Origin: Chrysemys picta bellii
Lineage: Eukaryota
Length of the DNA: 64,000 bases
Assembly (NCBI RefSeq): GCF_011386835.1
Contig: NC_088814.1
Coordinates: forward strand, 11,346,001 to 11,410,000
Direction of reading: 5' to 3'
The first letter of the stretch is position 1, and every line of letters starts with the position of its first letter. The notes under the pieces are model-generated. The model saw only the letters and a list, made by a program, of their open reading frames with translations. It did not search any database and was not told the origin of the DNA. Position numbers and translations under genes: made by a program. Shown piece after piece: positions 62,708 to 64,000 of this stretch.

Positions 62708-63560
62708 GAACATAAGAATGGCCGCACTGGGTCAGACCAAAGGTCCATCTAGCCCAGTATCTTGCTTTCCAGACAGTGGCCAATACCAGCTGCTTCAGAG
62801 GGAATGAACAGAAGAGGGCAATTTATCTAGTGATCCCCTGTTGTCCAGTCCCAGCTTTTGACAGTCAGAGGTTTAGGGACAACGAGAGCATAGGGTTGCA
62901 TCCCTGACCATCCTGAGTAATAGCCATTGATGGACCGATCCTCCATGGACTTCTCTATTTTAAAAAAAAAAACAGTTATACTTTTGGCCTTCACAACATC
63001 CCTTGCAATGAGTTCCACAGCTTTACTGTGTGTTGTGGGAAGAAATCCTTCCCTATGTCTGTTTTAAACCTGCCGCCTATTAATATTATTGGTGACCCCT
63101 GGTTCTTGTGTTATGTGAAGGGGTAAACAACTCTTCCTTATACACTTTCTCCACCCCAGTCATAATTTGATTGACCTCTATCATATCCCCCTTAGTCGTC
63201 TCTTTTGTAAGCTGAACAGTCCCAGTCTTATTAATCTCTCCTCATATGGAAGCTGTACTATACTCCAATCATTTTTGTTTCTCTTCTCTGTACCTTTTCC
63301 AATTCTAATATCTTTTTTTTTTTAGATGGGGTGACCAGAAGTGTACTCAGTATTCAAGGTGTTAGCGCACTATGGCTCTAAATAGTGGCATTACAATATT
63401 TTGTCTTATTAGCTATCCCTTTCTTAATGGTTCCTAGCATTCTTTTCACATTTTTGACCTGCCGCTGGACATTGAGCGGATGTTTTCAGAAAACTATCCA
63501 CAGTGACTCCAAGATCTCTTTCATGAGTGGTAACAGCTCATTTAGACCCCATCAGTTTGA
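62708..63560 (-). mobile_element. CR1-type LINE, 5'-truncated; preceded by a partial Harbinger MITE (about 62480-62680)
   Basis: Minus ORF MELIARDVVKAKSITVFF..; GACTGGGACTGTTCAGCTTACAAAAGAGACGACTAAGGGGGATATG on the minus strand. Confidence 0.88.
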
Positions 63561-64000
63561 CTGTATAGTTAGGATTACGTTCTCCAATGTGCACTATTTT
63601 GCAAAATACCTCCCAGGCACTGCTGCTCAACCAAAGTGCCTCTCCGGTGTGGCTCATAAAAGCCATAATTTAGCCCTTCATTTTTATGGGGTTTGATAAT
63701 ATTAAGATAATTCAGCAGAATGCTAACTGGCATTCTGCAGCCCATGGTCACCACGCTGAAATCTGGCCTACTGCATGTAACGACTCTCTCCTCTTGACCG
63801 CTACAGAACTGCCAAAATAACAGCTTTTGCAAAGATTACCCCAGTCTCGGGTACAAACACCCTATTATAAGTAACTCATTTGTCTCTTCACAGAACTGGG
63901 GCCAACCCTGCCAGCCTCACTCACAGGAGTTGGACTGGAGTTCTGGGAAGCAAAGTAAATCACACCTCTGCTGAAACTACAAATGATTGGGCCTGTGAGA

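Overview
Eukaryotic, repeat-dominated vertebrate DNA, most likely a turtle genome. This is inferred from the CR1 3' ends with (ATTCTATG)-type tails, abundant Penelope/GIY-YIG terminal fragments, and hAT/Harbinger MITE families. There is no prokaryotic gene, rRNA, intact tRNA or CRISPR array, and I cannot assign any host gene by name. The long ORFs in the track come from transposon remnants (CR1, RTE, Penelope, hAT) or from stop-free tandem repeats. Many insertions could be bounded exactly by target-site duplications (TSDs). The most interesting signals are: (1) four minimal hammerhead-ribozyme-like motifs in Penelope-derived repeats, with covarying helices; two sit in foldback elements, one a perfect 49-bp palindrome; (2) a non-repeat segment at 22.87-23.17 kb with TATA, E-box and YY1-like motifs, a 75-nt near-perfect hairpin and a candidate first exon, plus a frame-compatible pair of candidate small exons at 8.4-8.8 kb, all on the minus strand; (3) three perfect CTCF core motifs in a divergent arrangement; (4) a 41-bp/123-bp higher-order minisatellite made of YY1-like sites; (5) a 200-bp TG..CA element carrying a tRNA-type Pol III promoter; (6) a foldback hAT made of two transposase 3' ends. 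Family names come from memory of these families, not from database searches.
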